In this document: positions 12,225 through 27,227 of the stretch, piece after piece
Layout of the letters: each line of letters opens with the position of its first letter
Numbering within the stretch: position 1 is the first letter of the stretch
From: Octopus sinensis
Lineage: Eukaryota
Assembly (NCBI RefSeq): GCF_006345805.1
Contig: NC_043019.1
Coordinates: 22,939,360-23,003,359, forward strand
DNA length: 64,000 nt
Direction: 5' to 3'
The notes under the pieces: model-generated
The model's input: only the letters and a program-made list of their open reading frames with translations
Databases searched by the model: none
Told to the model about the DNA's origin: nothing
Program-made: the position numbers and the translations under genes

Positions 12225-14392
12225 TTCCTGGATTGCAAATGCATAACCTTCAAAGTGTGATGTGATGTAGTGGTCTTGTGTCCAGGAGAGGATGTGCTTC
12301 ATGTCAATTCTACTGTTTTCTTCATGTATAGTCTTTTGTATGCTGAGTGCTTTCCATCCAGGTCTTCTCTGAGGTAAGAGAACCCAGCTGTTTTGGGGCT
12401 GTATAGGAGATCATCAGGAAGAGAGTGTTTCTTGAGGAACTCACTGCCAACTCATACAATGTTGCTTACTTTACTTTTCAGCACTGCATTTATATATCTA
12501 TTTTTGCTGCTGTTGTTCATTAAGTGCTGCCTGAGTGATACCATATGGCATTTGAAAGCCATCTGCACTAATCTCAGGCCTCTACCACCTTCATTTTTTC
12601 TTAGATAGAGCATATAAAACATCACTGTTTCTGTGGAAATTCCCAGTTGTTGTCAGGATTTTGCAGGTTTTGATATCTATGAAGTGGATTTCCTCTACAG
12701 ACCAATCAAGTGTCCCAAACGTTGGGATCAACACTAGTATTGAAAATGCATTGTGAGATATTTTGTTGTAAGAAGAGAGTTCTGACTGCCATAGTTTCCT
12801 AAGCGTGGTGTAATATTCTCTATCTTTATTCACTGTGCCTTCATATGATACATTTTCATCTATGCCTAGGTACTTGTAACATTCTTTGTGTGGAATGGGG
12901 AAGATAGAGAGACCATTGATGCTCAGGTTTTGGGTTTGGGGGACTGACTTTGCTCGTTCTATAACCAAATATGAACATTTCTTTTGGCCAAATTCCATGC
13001 CTATATCAGATGAAAATGTTGTTATTAATTCCAGTTGTTCTTTGGCATTGTTAACACTTTTAGCATAAAGCTTCAGGTCGTCTACAAAGAAATTATGAGT
13101 TACATTGATATTTCTTGCAGCTGAAGATCCTAGCATGTAACCATTTGTTTTCTGCAATAGGAACGATAAAGGATTCAGAGCCAAAATGTTAAAAAGTACA
13201 GAAAGACTATCTCCTTGGAATATTTCCTTTGAAATGCCTATACTATCAGAAACGATTATTCTGTTCTCAGTTGAAACAGTAAGAACTGTTGTCCATGCCT
13301 TTGTGAGTCTTTCTATAGCAGCAATTAAGGCAGTAGTTACCTTTGCCAGATGTAAGCACTTCAACAGCCATGAATGAGGTATAGAGTCGAATGCCTTATT
13401 ATAGTCAAGCCATACTGCCACAAGGTTTCTGCATCGTTTTCTTACTTCAGACAGTACAACTTTGTATATTAAATGCTGTTTGGCACATCCCCACACTCCC
13501 TTCTTTCCACCAGCCTGTTCATCAGTCACAATGTTGCTCGACTCACAATGGTCCTGGAGGAATTGGTTGAGGCAACTTGTGTACTGTTTGTACATAGTGT
13601 TTAGGCAAGCAATGGGTTTGTATTTTCCTGACATCTTGGTGATTTCATATTTGGCAACAAGATTTGTCCTTGCTATAGCAAACCAATTTGGTATATCAAT
13701 CTGACCTTCCATAATCCTTTTGAACAGACATATCAATTGGTTTCAATAAAATGTCAGCTTCTTGTGCCAATATCCAACTATTAGTTCCCTCCCAAATGCC
13801 TTCCCATTCTGCAGTTTGCCTACTGCTATAGTGAAGGTGTCTGCATCAATTTCGTATGTTTTACTGTTAGTGCTGGTACAGTATTCTCTCTCAATTGTAT
13901 TTGACCATGATGCATTCAGGTTGAAATCCTTCTTTCCATTCCAAATTTTTTACCAGAATAATTGTAGATCTTCTTGGGAGGGAGCTCTCTTAATGGTAAT
14001 GTTTTCCTTCCTCATCCCTCTGCATAAAGCTTGTGGGTTGGAAGCAAACTTGTGATTGATATTGGCTCATTCAAAAATTCATATGCAATAGCGGAGTTTC
14101 TCGCTCATCATCCTGAGTTCATGTTTTAAGGTGATTAGCTTTCCCTCAAGAGCTCGGTGTGAAGAGTTGCCATAAAGTCTCATTAATTTTTGTCTAAGGT
14201 AGACCAGGTGAGGTGTAAACTCATTTTTCTCCGTACATTTTATTGTTGTAGTTAACCATACGATATGGCAGCACGTGTTGTTCATATTTTCTTCAAGTTT
14301 TCTTTTCCGTCTTGGTTGTTTCTGTTCAGTAATTTTGTTACTTCGTTCACTGTAGATTTCTCCTAGGTGTTCTTTCAGAGAAATAGTGGCTG
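12225..14392 (-). mobile_element. Decayed RLE-type non-LTR retrotransposon (R4/Dong-like), truncated before the CCHC and endonuclease region
   Basis: RT ORF plus flanking frames: FW*KIWN and KLQNGKAFGRELIVGYW upstream; LYLRKNEGGRGL and FEGYAFAIQE downstream, ending at 12225; stops and frameshifts present. Confidence 0.85.
12591..13736 (-). pseudogene. Reverse transcriptase domain ORF (381 aa) of the R4/Dong-like element
   Basis: Motifs YKPIACLNTMYK, EQAGG, WLDYNKAFDSIPHSW, IFQGDSLS, FVDDLKLY, YKYLG. Confidence 0.9.
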
Positions 14393-14409
14393 TGTATATA
14401 AGAGTATTA

Positions 14410-14573
<164 letters not shown>

Positions 14574-14759
14574 TAGAAAGCAAGTTATTTTATTCCACAC
14601 AGGCAGAAATATAGAAAAAAAGAGTTGCAAAATGCATTGGGATTTGTTTACAATTTTTTATTTTCGAATTTTCAAAGACTTAACCAGTTTCATAGATTTC
14701 TCTGATTTTTAAAAGTTCAGTTAGAAAGATACGAAGCTATGCCACAACTGTCTAGCTTT

Positions 14760-15141
14760 TGTGTGTACATACATTCATACATACATGCATACATACATAC
14801 ACACACATGTACATACATACATACATATATACAGACATACATATATATATATATATACATACATACATACACATATACATACATACACACACGCATACAT
14901 ACACACACACATACATACATATGTACATACATACATACATGTATACATACATATATACATACATACATAAATACATGCATACATACATATATACATACAT
15001 ACATATATAGATACATACATGAATACATACACATATATACACACACACATACATACACACATACATATATACATACATACACACATACATACATACACAC
15101 ATACATATATACATACACACACACATGCATATATACACACA

Positions 15142-15177
<36 letters not shown>

Positions 15178-15200
15178 TATGTATACACACACACACACAG
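14760..15200. repeat. Degenerate (CATA)n/(CA)n microsatellite
   Basis: Direct reading. Confidence 0.9.
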
Positions 15201-15289
15201 AGATAAACATTGAGTAGGAAACTCTTGGCTCAATTGTGTTCAACTCTTATGATCTGTTTGTATTGGAGAAGAAAAGGAAACAACACACA

Positions 15290-15520
15290 CACACCACCAC
15301 CACCACCACCACCACCACCACTACCACCACCACCACTACCACCACCACCACCACCACCACCACTACCACCACCACCACTACTACTACCATCACCACCACA
15401 ACTACCATCACCACCACTACTACCACCACCAAAACAGCCATCATTTCCAACAATACCATTAATGAAACAGCTGTCGCCACCACCACCATCAGAGGAGACA
15501 TCATCATCATCATCATCAAT
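15290..15520. repeat. (CCA/CTA/TCA)n microsatellite
   Basis: Direct reading. Confidence 0.9.
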
Positions 15521-16525
15521 AAGAATAAAATTGGAAACAGCAACTAAATGAATAAACAAGTGAGGAAGTTGCTGCTGCTGGTGATGGTGGAGAAAGTTAA
15601 GATGGTGATGATGGTGGAGGTGTTGATGGTGGTGGGAGTTAAGATGGGGACACTGCCTGTTGAAGAAATTTTGCATATTGATGATGTAGATGATGGGGGT
15701 GATGATAATGTTATGGGGGGGGATGTTTTGGTGATTGTGGGATGGAGTAGTGATGACAGTTTCAAAGGTGGTGGTGGTGGTGGTGGTGGTGGTGGTGGTT
15801 GTGGTGGTAGAATGATGATGATGATGATGATGATGATGAGGAGGAGGAGGAGGAGGAGGAGGAGGAGGAAGATGTTGATGATGATGGGGAAGAAGAAGGT
15901 AAAAAAGGGAAAAAAGCCACAGGTGCCGAAATGGAATAAAAATCTCTTTTAAAAAAGAATAAAAATGTTGCTGATGTAGATTAGGGAGAGATAAAAGATG
16001 AAGGAACCAGGAAAGAAAGAACCATGTAGAGAACAAGAACAACAATAGCAACACTATTCCATGATGATGATGATGATGAGGAGGAGAGGAGGAGGAGGAT
16101 GGTGATGATGATGAGGGGGAGAAACAGGAAGAAATGAAAGCGGAAGAGGAGGAGGAATGGAGGAAGAGGGGAAGGGGAGGAGGAGGAGGAGGAATGAGAG
16201 AGAGGGAGGTGAAGGTAATAATGTTGTTAGATGTTCAAACCTATGAGAGAGAGAGAGAGAGTGGGTGGGTTTGGGTGAGGGATGGGATCTCTCCAAGGGT
16301 GAACTGTATCAAATGTCGGGGGGGGGGGGGGATCTCACCCCACCCACTGTTCCGCAAACCCCACACAGTCCACAACTGGGTCAACATATGTTGTTGATGT
16401 TTATATTATTGGTTTAGGGGTCATTGGTAGAGATTTTGAACAGAACACAAGGGGTTAGGTCAGAAGTAGAAAGGCACACACACACACACACACACACAAA
16501 CTAAGACACACATGCATTCATGCAT

Positions 16526-16563
<38 letters not shown>

Positions 16564-17013
16564 GTGTATGTGCGTGTGTGTGCGTGTGTGTGTGTGCGCG
16601 TACAAAAGAAATGAAAATGAACTAAGATAAATAATAGGGGCATGAATTTGAACAACATAGACAAATACAAGAATACAAATATATCAAATACCATACAACA
16701 TAAATTGTTGATTTATTAAAATCATCACCGCCTCCAGAGGATGTGTCACAATTACCAAATGGCACTTAAAACCAGCTCCACATGGGAAGGGGAGATAATC
16801 TCCAAATTCAAGGATTCTACAAAACTGACTTGCCATTTAGAGACAAGGATGGGCTTATTGTCTGCAGATAAGATGACAGTTGTGGACACATGGTTCTGTC
16901 TCAATAACCCTCATCAGAACAACAATTGCTTGAGTTTCATCATCAAAAGTGTGTGCGTGTGCATGTTTGTGTGTGTGTGTGTGTGTGCATGTGTGTGTAT
17001 GTGTGTGTGTGTG

Positions 17014-17044
<31 letters not shown>

Positions 17045-17081
17045 CGTGAGTGTGTATTTGTGTGTGTCTAGTGAAGGCATC

Positions 17082-17395
17082 TGGTTTAGTGGTCAGAGTA
17101 TTTGGTTCATGATTTTAAAGCCATGAGTTCAATTCTCGGTGGTGAACTGTGTCTTTGAGCAAGAATCTTTATTTCACATTGCTTCACTCCACTCAGCTGA
17201 CAAAAATAAGTTGTACCAGTAATTCAAAAGGGCCTGCCTTGTCACATTCTGAGTCATGCTGAATCTCTCTGAGAACTACCTTAAGATACATGTGTCTGTG
17301 GAGTGCTCAGCCACTTGCATGTTAATTTCTCGAGCAGGCTGTTCTCTTGATTGGATCAACTGAAAATCTCATTGTCATAACCATTGGTATACCAC
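17082..17395 (+). mobile_element. SINE family C (tRNA head plus CORE-like TGTGTCTTTGAGCAAG)
   Basis: TGGTTTAGTGG / GAGTTCAATTC boxes; body shared with 3342-4110 and 48800-48980. Confidence 0.7.
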
Positions 17396-17767
17396 TGTGT
17401 GTGTGTGTTTCTCTCTGTGCTTGACCTGCACCACTACTTGACAACTGGTGTTGGTTTGTTTAGCATAAGAAAAGTGATACAATAAGTATCAGGTTTAAAA
17501 AATAAATAAGTCCAGGGGTCGATTTGTTCAACTAAAAACCTTGAAGGCGGTGCCCCAGCATGGCCACAGTCAAACGGTAAAAGGAAGATAAAATACACAA
17601 ACACACACACACATACCTACAACACACATATACACACAGCACACACACACACACTTATAACACATACACACACATATAACACATACACACAGTTGTCAAG
17701 CAATGGTGAGGGGACAAATACAGACAGACACACACACACACATAATAATATATATATACATACACAT

Positions 17768-17964
17768 ATCATCATCATTGTTTAACATCCACTTTCCATG
17801 CTAGCATGGGTTGGATGATTTGACTGAGGTCTGGCGAACCAGACTTCAATCTGATCTGGCAGAGTTTCTACAGCCGGATGCCCTTCCTAACGCCAACCAC
17901 TCCATGAGTGTAGTGGGTGCTTTTACATGCCACCGGCACGAGGGCCAGTTAGGTAGTACTGGCA
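17768..17964 (-). mobile_element. Family D: truncated RTE-LINE 3' tail ending in (GAT)n
   Basis: Reverse complement of GTGGTTGGCGTTAGGAAGGGCATCC...CCATGCTAGCATGGAAAGTGGATGTTAAAC(AAT/GAT)n; assigned to RTE because a related tail follows an RTE ORF end at 59879-60260. Confidence 0.75.
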
Positions 17965-19309
17965 GGGAACCAATAAGGTGACAGACTTGCCCTTGAACTT
18001 TGAACGTCAGCATAAATGAGTGTTCAACTATCTCCTTAGATCCTCAAATGATGTCTGTCGAAATTCAAAGTTTTATTGTGTGATATTGTTCAGAAAATCC
18101 TTTGACTGGATGGAAATGCCTTCCAGAAGATCCATAAGAGGTTGGGGAAGAGCTGGTAGTGCTAGCAACCTTACCTTACCACCTGAGCAGCCCATGCCAT
18201 TAGTTTCATTTGGAAATTTTAAAGCTTTGCAGAAATGGCAATTTGAATTTAGCACACCAATTTGGACAGAATTATCATTTTTATAAGAATGGGATGGATC
18301 ATATCTGAAAGCAGCTCCGGGAGTTGTGAAGAATGAATTTGTATGTGTTCTGTTTCTGAGAGCTATTCTATGTTTCAGCATTAAGTGCTGCAGCATGCCT
18401 TTGCTGATCTTGAGAAGGTCTCATCTTCTTTCTCTGTTGAGAATCTCACCTTTGGTTTTCTACAATCTTCCTTGCTTTATACTTGTTTCTGGAGAGATTA
18501 CGTCTTTTCTTTAGTAGCATATTTTTTCAATATTGTGATAAAAATTATGAACATAGAAAACATTATTCATTAATCTCTATTTTTGTAAGCAGTTGTATGT
18601 CTTTATTTTTGTATGCAGTGTAAATTAACCAAAGATAAGTAAATTAACCAAATAGAAGCACATGCTAATTTAACAGTAAATGCCACACTAATTATTATAG
18701 ATAAATTTCTTAATATATACACATTAAGCACATGTATTAAATGTTAATTTAAGGGTTAATATGTAACTGTAAATACCTTGCAACTGCTGTGATATTTATT
18801 AACTGGTAATTGGACAGTAAATGTGTATTTTTATATACCTTGGAACTGCCACCTAACTGCTTTTTGTCAACAGCTTCACCTCCAGCCACTTGTTATGTCA
18901 GTCAACACACATACACTGACACACCATTCCGTTGTCATGGCCGTAAAGACAGAAAGTTGCCAATGCATAATGTTGTTCACTTTAGAATATAAATTATTCA
19001 TTTATTTCAAATATAATAGAAATAAGATGATCTAAGTGTTATCACTTTAGAATTAAAAGTGAAACGATATTATCTTTTGATACGTAATACCAAACCAATC
19101 TAAAAGATTGCTCCGAGTCCACATTAGGCAAGAAGTTGAAATTTTTTTGACCCATGACACTCCATGAACCCTAAGTAATGCATGTGTAAAATTCGAATGA
19201 AATCGGTTGGGTACTTCTTGAGTTTTATGGATTCACACATACAGACAGACAGATCAACAGACAGACCAACAGACACACAAACACACATTCTCAGTTTTAT
19301 ATATATAGA
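17957..19309 (-). mobile_element. Helitron 5' portion: terminus plus decayed Rep-helicase N-terminal coding region
   Basis: A^TCTATATATATAAAA terminus at 19309 followed by (TGTC)n and AACCGATTTC; coding motifs CHFCKALKFPNETNGMGCSGGKVRL, SKDFLNNI and FMLTFKVQGQVCHLIGSLP at 17960-18400. Confidence 0.85.
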
Positions 19310-19567
19310 TTAAGGCAGATGTTAAACGATGATGATAAAATATATATATACATATATATACATACATACATATATATATATATATAAAAAACAGGTTTAT
19401 TAGTGAAGGATTGTCAATTTGGGCAAATTACTTAATAAACTGTCCATTAGTACATCAGGCTAACAGTATTGTTTAGAAGTCCAGGTATTCTTATAGCAGG
19501 GTCCAAGGTTATAGGTCATCACCATTCTGTATTGTAAATTCATGATTGTGTTCCAGTTGTACTCTCT

Positions 19568-19786
19568 CTCTTTTACTCTTTTACTTGTTTCAGTCATTTG
19601 ACTGTGGCCATACTGGAGCACCGCCTTTAGTCGAGCAAATCATCCCAAGGACTTATTCTTTATAAGCCTAGTACTTATTCTATCAGCCTCTTTTGCCAAA
19701 CCACTAAGTTACGAGGATGTAAACACATCAGCATCAGTTGTCAAGCAATGTTGGGGGTACAAACACAGACACACACACACCACACC

Positions 19787-19833
<47 letters not shown>

Positions 19834-19990
19834 CAGACTTCTTTCAGTTTCTGTCTACGAAATCCACTCACAAGGCTTTGGTTGGCCCGAGGCTATAGTA
19901 GAAGACACTTGCCCAAGATACCATGCAGTGGGACTGAACCCGGAACCATGTGGTTCGTAAGCAAGCTACTTACCACACAGCCACTCCTAC
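19568..19990 (-). mobile_element. SINE family A, full length
   Basis: Family A consensus on the minus strand with internal (CA)n(TA)n. Confidence 0.85.
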
Positions 19991-20265
19991 ACTGGTTTTT
20001 TTTTGTTTTTGTTTTTTTACAAGGCATAAAGAATGGTCATTGCATATTTCTTTAAAATTGCTAAATTTGACTTACAGCTGTTTCCAGTAGTCATCATGAG
20101 TTTGTTATTGATTGGTTTACTCAATGTGGCCATTGATTGGTTGAGAAAACTTTGAACGACCTAGAAAATTAATGCTACTTTCGTCAGTCATTTCTGCTTT
20201 ATAACCAAGCACTGGCTATGAAACTACAATAAATAAATATGTAACGAACATTGTTTGTGCTTTGT

Positions 20266-20298
<33 letters not shown>

Positions 20299-21876
20299 TG
20301 GTTGCATCACTGTTTATATTGTCATTGCTGGGGATCAATGATCCTTACACAAAACCCCATTCATTTCCTCAGCCTCTCTTTCCAGTGAATGGGTCCAGTG
20401 GGTCCCAAGTTCTCTTTCAACCTGATGTATTATCAGAACTGTCTCCTTTAACCTCGAGTACTTCAAAGTACTTCAAAGTACTTCAAAGTCATTGATAGCC
20501 AATGAGAAGGGCTGAAACATTTGAGTTGTCCTTCCCATAATCAGACAGTTTTTTAGTCTTCTGAATTCACTGAACCAAGACTGTATGTATGGCCTGGTCA
20601 GTCAGTGAGAATTACTGTGTCAAAGGTACATCGGTCCATAGAATAATTGGTCGCTCACAACACTAATTCCATGAAGAGGTGGTCTGGTTATCAAACAAAT
20701 AGACATTCATCTTACAAAGAGAGTTGTATGCAACAACAACAACAACAACAAAAACAACAACACAACAGAAGCAGCAACAACAACAACAGCAACAATTACA
20801 TCATCAATAACAGTAGCGGCAGTAGTGGTTCCACAATAATAATTGCAGTAACAACAACAATGGTCTGTGAGACAATGTTAATTGGAAGTGAAAGAGTAAA
20901 GGAAATAAATATTACTGTGGGGGGGGGAAGAGATGGGGTGGGGTGGGTGGGGAAAAAGAAGAAGGGAAAGAGAGAGAGAGAGAGAGAGAAGGTAAGAGAG
21001 GATGACAGAGACAGGGAGAATGACAGAGAGAGAATAAGAAAGACAGAGAGTGAACGAGAGAAACGGAGATAGGGGAAGGAAAACAGATAATGAGAGAGGC
21101 AAGAGTAAGAATGATTGAAAGTGAGAGATAATTAGGAAAAGTAGAAAGGTAGGTAGACTAATAGCTAGTGAGAGAGAAGGAGAAAGAGAGGTAGAGAAGG
21201 AGAAAGGGAGGGAGAGAAAGAGGTAGAAAAGTAAAGGAATGTGGGTAGGTAGAGAGAGAGAGAGAGAGAGAGAGAGGTATGCAGATAAAGTGGGTGAGAG
21301 AGAGGGCAAGTGTGTTTCCCAACATGTATGTATACACACACACATACACACAAACACACACATACACACACACACATACATGCACACACACACACAACAC
21401 ACACACATACACACACACACATACACACTCACATATATACACACACACACACATACACACACACACGCACACACACTTATTTGCGTGTTGCGTGTGCACA
21501 TGCATATCTCTATGCGACTGTATACACCTGTGTTTGCTCTGGCGTAGATGTGCATTCGTACGTGGTTCGCGTGTGCACGCTCACACAAGGAGGTAGGAAT
21601 AGAATATTAATGCAACTAATCAGTGAGGCTTCGTTATTTTGAAATCTAAATAATTGGTTTTTAATTTGAGATGCCCATTTTAAGATATTTATTTATTTAT
21701 TTTTTGTGTTGACGTGTATATTTAATCACACATGCACACATATATGCATGTATATTTGTATACCATGCTTACATATGTGTATACACACTTCACAAACAGA
21801 TCTATATGTATATAGATGTCTATGTATATACCTAGATATACATGCACATGTATTTATCTATAAAACTATACATAAA

Positions 21877-21936
21877 TACATCTATCTATCTATCTATCTA
21901 TCTATCTAGATCTATCTATCAATCTATCTATCTGTG

Positions 21937-21983
<47 letters not shown>

Positions 21984-21986
21984 GTG

Positions 21987-22023
<37 letters not shown>

Positions 22024-22066
22024 TAATCTGTGTGTCTGTCTGTCTGACTATGTGTCTGTCTATCTA

Positions 22067-22097
<31 letters not shown>

Positions 22098-22198
22098 GTC
22101 TGTCTATCTATCTATCTATCTGTCTGTCTGTCTATCTGTATGTATGTATGTATGTATGTATGTACGTATGTCTATCTATTTGTCTGTCTATCTATCTA

Positions 22199-22265
<67 letters not shown>
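21877..22265. repeat. (TCTA)n/(TCTG)n/(TATG)n compound tetranucleotide microsatellite
   Basis: Direct reading. Confidence 0.95.
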
Positions 22266-22267
<2 letters not shown>

Positions 22268-22847
22268 TTTTATATACACATACACACACTCACACACACA
22301 CATGCACATGCATTATATTGTCTCTGTATATGTGTGTATTTGTGTGCGTGTGTGTGTGTGTGTGAGTGTGTGCGTGTGCGTGTGTGTGCGTGCTCCAAAG
22401 ATGAAGAGAGAAGGATGTTGGATTTCCTGCTATGCTATCTCCCTCCCCTCTGCATCACCCCACCTCACCCCAGCCATAGCCACACTCCATTACCCAACTG
22501 CCACCCCAACCTCCACACTACACCTCCTTTACCCCCAACCCCACCATCACCCTCCCCACTCCGCCGGCAGCCAGCATTGCATGTGTGCGCGTAGGGGGTA
22601 TTCACAAACAGCAGTGGTAATGATAGTGATAGTGGTCATGATGATGATGATGATGATAATGATGATGATGATGATGACGATGATGATGGTGATGGTGGTG
22701 TTGATGAAGATGATGAGGATGGTCATGATAATTATGATGTATTTATATGACTGCCTTGTTGCATTCACTTTATAAAATAACACACACATATACACACATA
22801 TATATATATATACATACTAACATAAACACATACACACATGTGTGCAC

Positions 22848-22882
<35 letters not shown>

Positions 22883-23419
22883 CATTCGCATTCATACATA
22901 CACACATACATGCATCCCTCCATGCATATACACATGCAAGTTTCAGAAAAACACAAAATATTAACAACAACAAAAAAACTTTCAATCAATTATGATTGTT
23001 ATGATTGTTCAAAATTGCCAATTGTGTTTATAATTGAAAAGCCAAATAGCTTTATATATACACACGTACAAGTATGATGTATGAGTGTGCCTCATATATG
23101 TTTGCATATATATATCATTATATATACATAACTGATGATGATGATGATGATGATGATGATGACAATGTATATATATGTATATATATGCATGCATGTATAT
23201 TCAAACATATATATTCATATATACATACATATACATGTATACACATACATATACCATTATATATGTATATGTATATGCTTACACATATATCCATATACAT
23301 ACATATGTATACATACATGCATATTCAATATCCATATGTATATGTCTATACACAGACATATATTCATATATATCCTATACATATATGTGTGTGTGTGTAT
23401 ATATATATAAATCATTAGT

Positions 23420-23505
<86 letters not shown>
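23420..23505. repeat. Pure (GATA)n microsatellite
   Basis: Direct reading. Confidence 0.95.
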
Positions 23506-24059
23506 CAGTTAAAAATACAAGAGTGTTAGTTACAGCACATACAGCTCAATTTGGAATGAATATTTGCATATTCCTTCTTAATGTGTCTAAGTTGGTTCAG
23601 ACACAAAATATGTTAAATGCTGTAGTGTATCTCACAGGAGAATAACTGCTTTTTTTATGGCAATACACAATTGGCCCATTGATGCAGATGATTCTAGGAC
23701 ACTGGTGTATCAAGAAATTGTGTCTCATTAGCCAGAAGTACCCCAGACCTTTTAGCCTGTCCAAGCCTCTGGCCTTTGTTTATGTTTTCAGCACACAAAT
23801 TATTTGCTGATCAGTGCCTATATCTACTAACCAATCAAAATTCGTTATTTGCACCCTATGAAGTATAAGTATGCAAGTATTCAGTTCAGATTTCACTGTG
23901 CATGGTGCAAATAACCATTGTCTCAGAATCCTGAGCACCAATTAGCTAGAGTGTGTTTAACACACTCCTGTCATTAAAGGGGGAAGTTATATTCCTATGA
24001 CGTACACTACAGTGACTAGCATATTTTGCAATCGAACCTGCTTTTAGACATATAGACAT

Positions 24060-24470
24060 ATTAAGAATGAATTGACCCTAGTTCTTATTCTAAGCCTTCT
24101 ACTTATTCTATCGGTCTCTCTTGCCAAACTGATAAGTTAAAGGGACATAAACAAACTAACATCAGTTGTCAAGGAGTGGTAAGGAATTACACACATATAT
24201 GTATACAATGGGATTCCTCACAGACTCCCCTTACAAAATTCACTCACAAAGTATTAGTTGACAGGGGCTTAAGCAGATGACACTTGCTCAAAGTGTCACC
24301 CAGTGGGACTGAACCCAAAACTTTGTGGTTAGGAAGCCCATTTTGCACCACATAGCTTCAGGTTCAGTCCTACTGTGCAGTACTGTAGGCAAGTCTCTTC
24401 TACTATAGCTCCAGGCCAGCCAATATCCTGTGAGTGAATTTGATAGATGGAAACTGTAAGCCCATCATAT

Positions 24471-24519
<49 letters not shown>

Positions 24520-24705
24520 TTTGTGTTTGTATTTCTCTCCCACCACAGCTTGACAATTATATCTGTAACTTAGCAGTTCAGCAAAACAGACCAATAGATT
24601 ATGTACAAGACTTAAAACAAGTACAGGAGTCAATTTGTTCAACTAAACCATTTAATGTGGTGCCCCAGCATGGCCACAGTCCAATGAATGAAGAAGTAAA
24701 AATTT
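24060..24705. mobile_element. Two diverged SINE A copies in opposite orientation (minus about 24060-24335; plus about 24340-24705)
   Basis: Family A motifs on both strands, with the heads adjacent near 24335. Confidence 0.6.
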
Positions 24706-24829
24706 GAAAGAACAATGTTTCTAGAACAAAAATATTTGATGTATGCCTCCCACCCTCACTCCACAAATGGTACACTAGGATTTAGAGGAGATTTGGCTGC
24801 TATTTCTAGAAGATCAGGCAATCAAATAA

Positions 24830-25095
24830 AGGCTGGTTGCATGAATGATTGCCTGAACAAAACGAAAGTAAAGAGCTATACCATCTGCATAGGGTGACGT
24901 GGGGTGACTAGACATAAACAGCAAGTTTATGTCATTATTTGATGTACAGATTGAAAAATAGTCGAGACATAATGTAACCTTGGGGTACACTATGGTTGAT
25001 AGGAGATGGGAGGGAGAGAGAGAAGCAAAGACAACACACATGGCCATGGGATGGTCCGACAGGAAACTCTTGATCTGAAATATGGGATGTGGATG
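24830..25095 (-). pseudogene. Decayed CR1/L2/Jockey-group LINE RT fragment
   Basis: Across frameshifts: QIKSFLSD, INHSVPQGYIMSRLFFNLYI and PYADGIAL, which resemble W..SFLS.R, GVPQGS.LSP.LF..YIND and YADD. Confidence 0.6.
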
Positions 25096-25560
25096 AGTGG
25101 ATGGCATGAAGAGTGGGCATATTAATTAGTAAGGTGGTGTGTGTACCATCCTTAACATCATTTTATGTAGATTTTACTATGCTTGAATGATTTTATATAT
25201 ATATATATATTTTAATACACACATTTACAGAGAGAGAGAGATCTTCTATAGAGATACTTGTCTTCTACAAATTATTAATTTAGAAATTTTCCCCGTTTCC
25301 TGACCCCTGCTGAAAAGTTAATTATCTTTCCTTGTATTGTGTGTGTGGGTGTGTGTGTATATAAATATATATATATATGTGTGTGTGTATGTGTAAATAT
25401 ATGTATGTGTGTTCATGTGTGCATATATGTGTGTGTGTCCATGTGGGTATATATGTGTGTGTGAGTTGGTATGACACAAGAAGGTAAGTTTACCTTTTTT
25501 TTGCACACATAGATACACACACAAACACACACACACACAAATGCACGCACACACGCACAC

Positions 25561-25602
<42 letters not shown>

Positions 25603-26049
25603 GCAGACTTCTTTCAGTTTCTGTCTACCAAATCCACTCACAAGGCTTTGGCCAATGCAAGGCTATATATAGTAGAAGACACTTGCTCAAGGTACCACAC
25701 TGAACCTGGAACCATGTGGTTGGGAAGCAAGCTTCTTACCAAAACAGCTGCATCTGATAACATAATAATGTCATCAGGCATGCAATAATGGTTTCAAATT
25801 TGGCACAAGGCCAGCTGATTGCGGCGAGGTGAGAAATTGATTACATCAACCCTGAAAGGATGAAAAGCAAAGTTGACTCCGGCAGAATTTGAACTCAGAA
25901 TGTTGTCAGAAGAAATGCTGCTAAGCATGTTGTCCAGCACAGTAACGTTTCTGCCAGCTGACCTCTTTTATTATTTGTAATAATAGAAAAAAAAACCCCA
26001 GCTTTTTCTGTCACTGTGTATTTACATACATATATTCCTTCCTACCTAC

Positions 26050-26097
<48 letters not shown>

Positions 26098-26596
26098 TGT
26101 GTGTGTGGTGTGTGTGTGTGTGTGTGTTGTGTGTGTGTGTGCATTTATATATTATTAGAGGTTGAGGGTTCAGAAACCATTATTCTGAACTTTGCATTGC
26201 CAATTGTTCAAATGATTTGTCTTATAATGAAATTCTTTTGTAAACACAGAAGTTCACCAATCTATGTACACACACACACACTCACATCTCCATATGCATA
26301 TCGGTATATGTTCATTATGTGGTGTGTGTGTGTGTGTGTGTGTTGTGATGTGGTATATATATATATTATATATATATATATCTAATATATATATACATAC
26401 ATACACATACACACACATATCAGATACACACATATACATATATAGATATAGATGTATTTATACATATACATTTGTATATATATATACATATTTATACATC
26501 CTTATATACAATATATACTATACTATATATATATATATATATACATACATGCATACATATATGCGTACACACACCATGCACATATACATATGTGCA

Positions 26597-26639
<43 letters not shown>

Positions 26640-26663
26640 TACATATACACTCACACACACATA

Positions 26664-26883
26664 CAAGGGGATGCTGAAAAGTTCCTGGCTTTGAGGGTAT
26701 CGTGAAAGACCTGGCTGGAGGCCCAACCTTCCGAGTTCTTCTTTTATGGGGCTTAGAAAAACCGAAGGACCACTGGAATAAGTGTGTGAATCTGAGAGGG
26801 AAATACGTAGAATATAATCTTAATTAACTGCTCCTCCCGTATTTCCTTTAACCCAAAGCCAGGAATTTTTCAGCACCTCCTTA
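26664..26883 (+). mobile_element. mariner-derived MITE, TA target site
   Basis: TIRs CAAGGGGATGCTGAAAAGTTCCTGGCTTT / AAAGCCAGGAATTTTTCAGCACCTCCTTA; TA on both sides; internal [21 protein letters not shown] matches a mariner transposase C-terminus. Confidence 0.85.
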
Positions 26884-27185
26884 TACACACACACACATTT
26901 ATATACATGAATATTACAACATAATTCCCCTATTTTACCTCTTCTCTTTCTCTCAGATTGCATGTTCACACGCGTGTGTGTATGTGTGTGTGTATGTGTG
27001 TGTGTGTGCGTGCGTGAGTATGGAAGTGTTTATGCGTGTTGATGTGCATTGATAACTACGAAATTCAATCCATGCAAAAGTTCCATGAGGCTATCAAAGA
27101 GGAAACATACATAAGCATAAACATAGATGCAAATACATATAAACACATAATACATAAAGCACGCGCGTAGACACACACACACACA

Positions 27186-27227
<42 letters not shown>

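Noticed and set aside
14717-15243. Numerous YIHT/MYVC/CV repeat ORFs here and throughout the track
   Set aside because: They are translations of (CATA)n, (TG)n and (TA)n.
16741-16950. Open frame of ~70 codons in unique sequence, and a possible 106-nt minus-strand exon
   Set aside because: No recognisable homology; this length is expected by chance.
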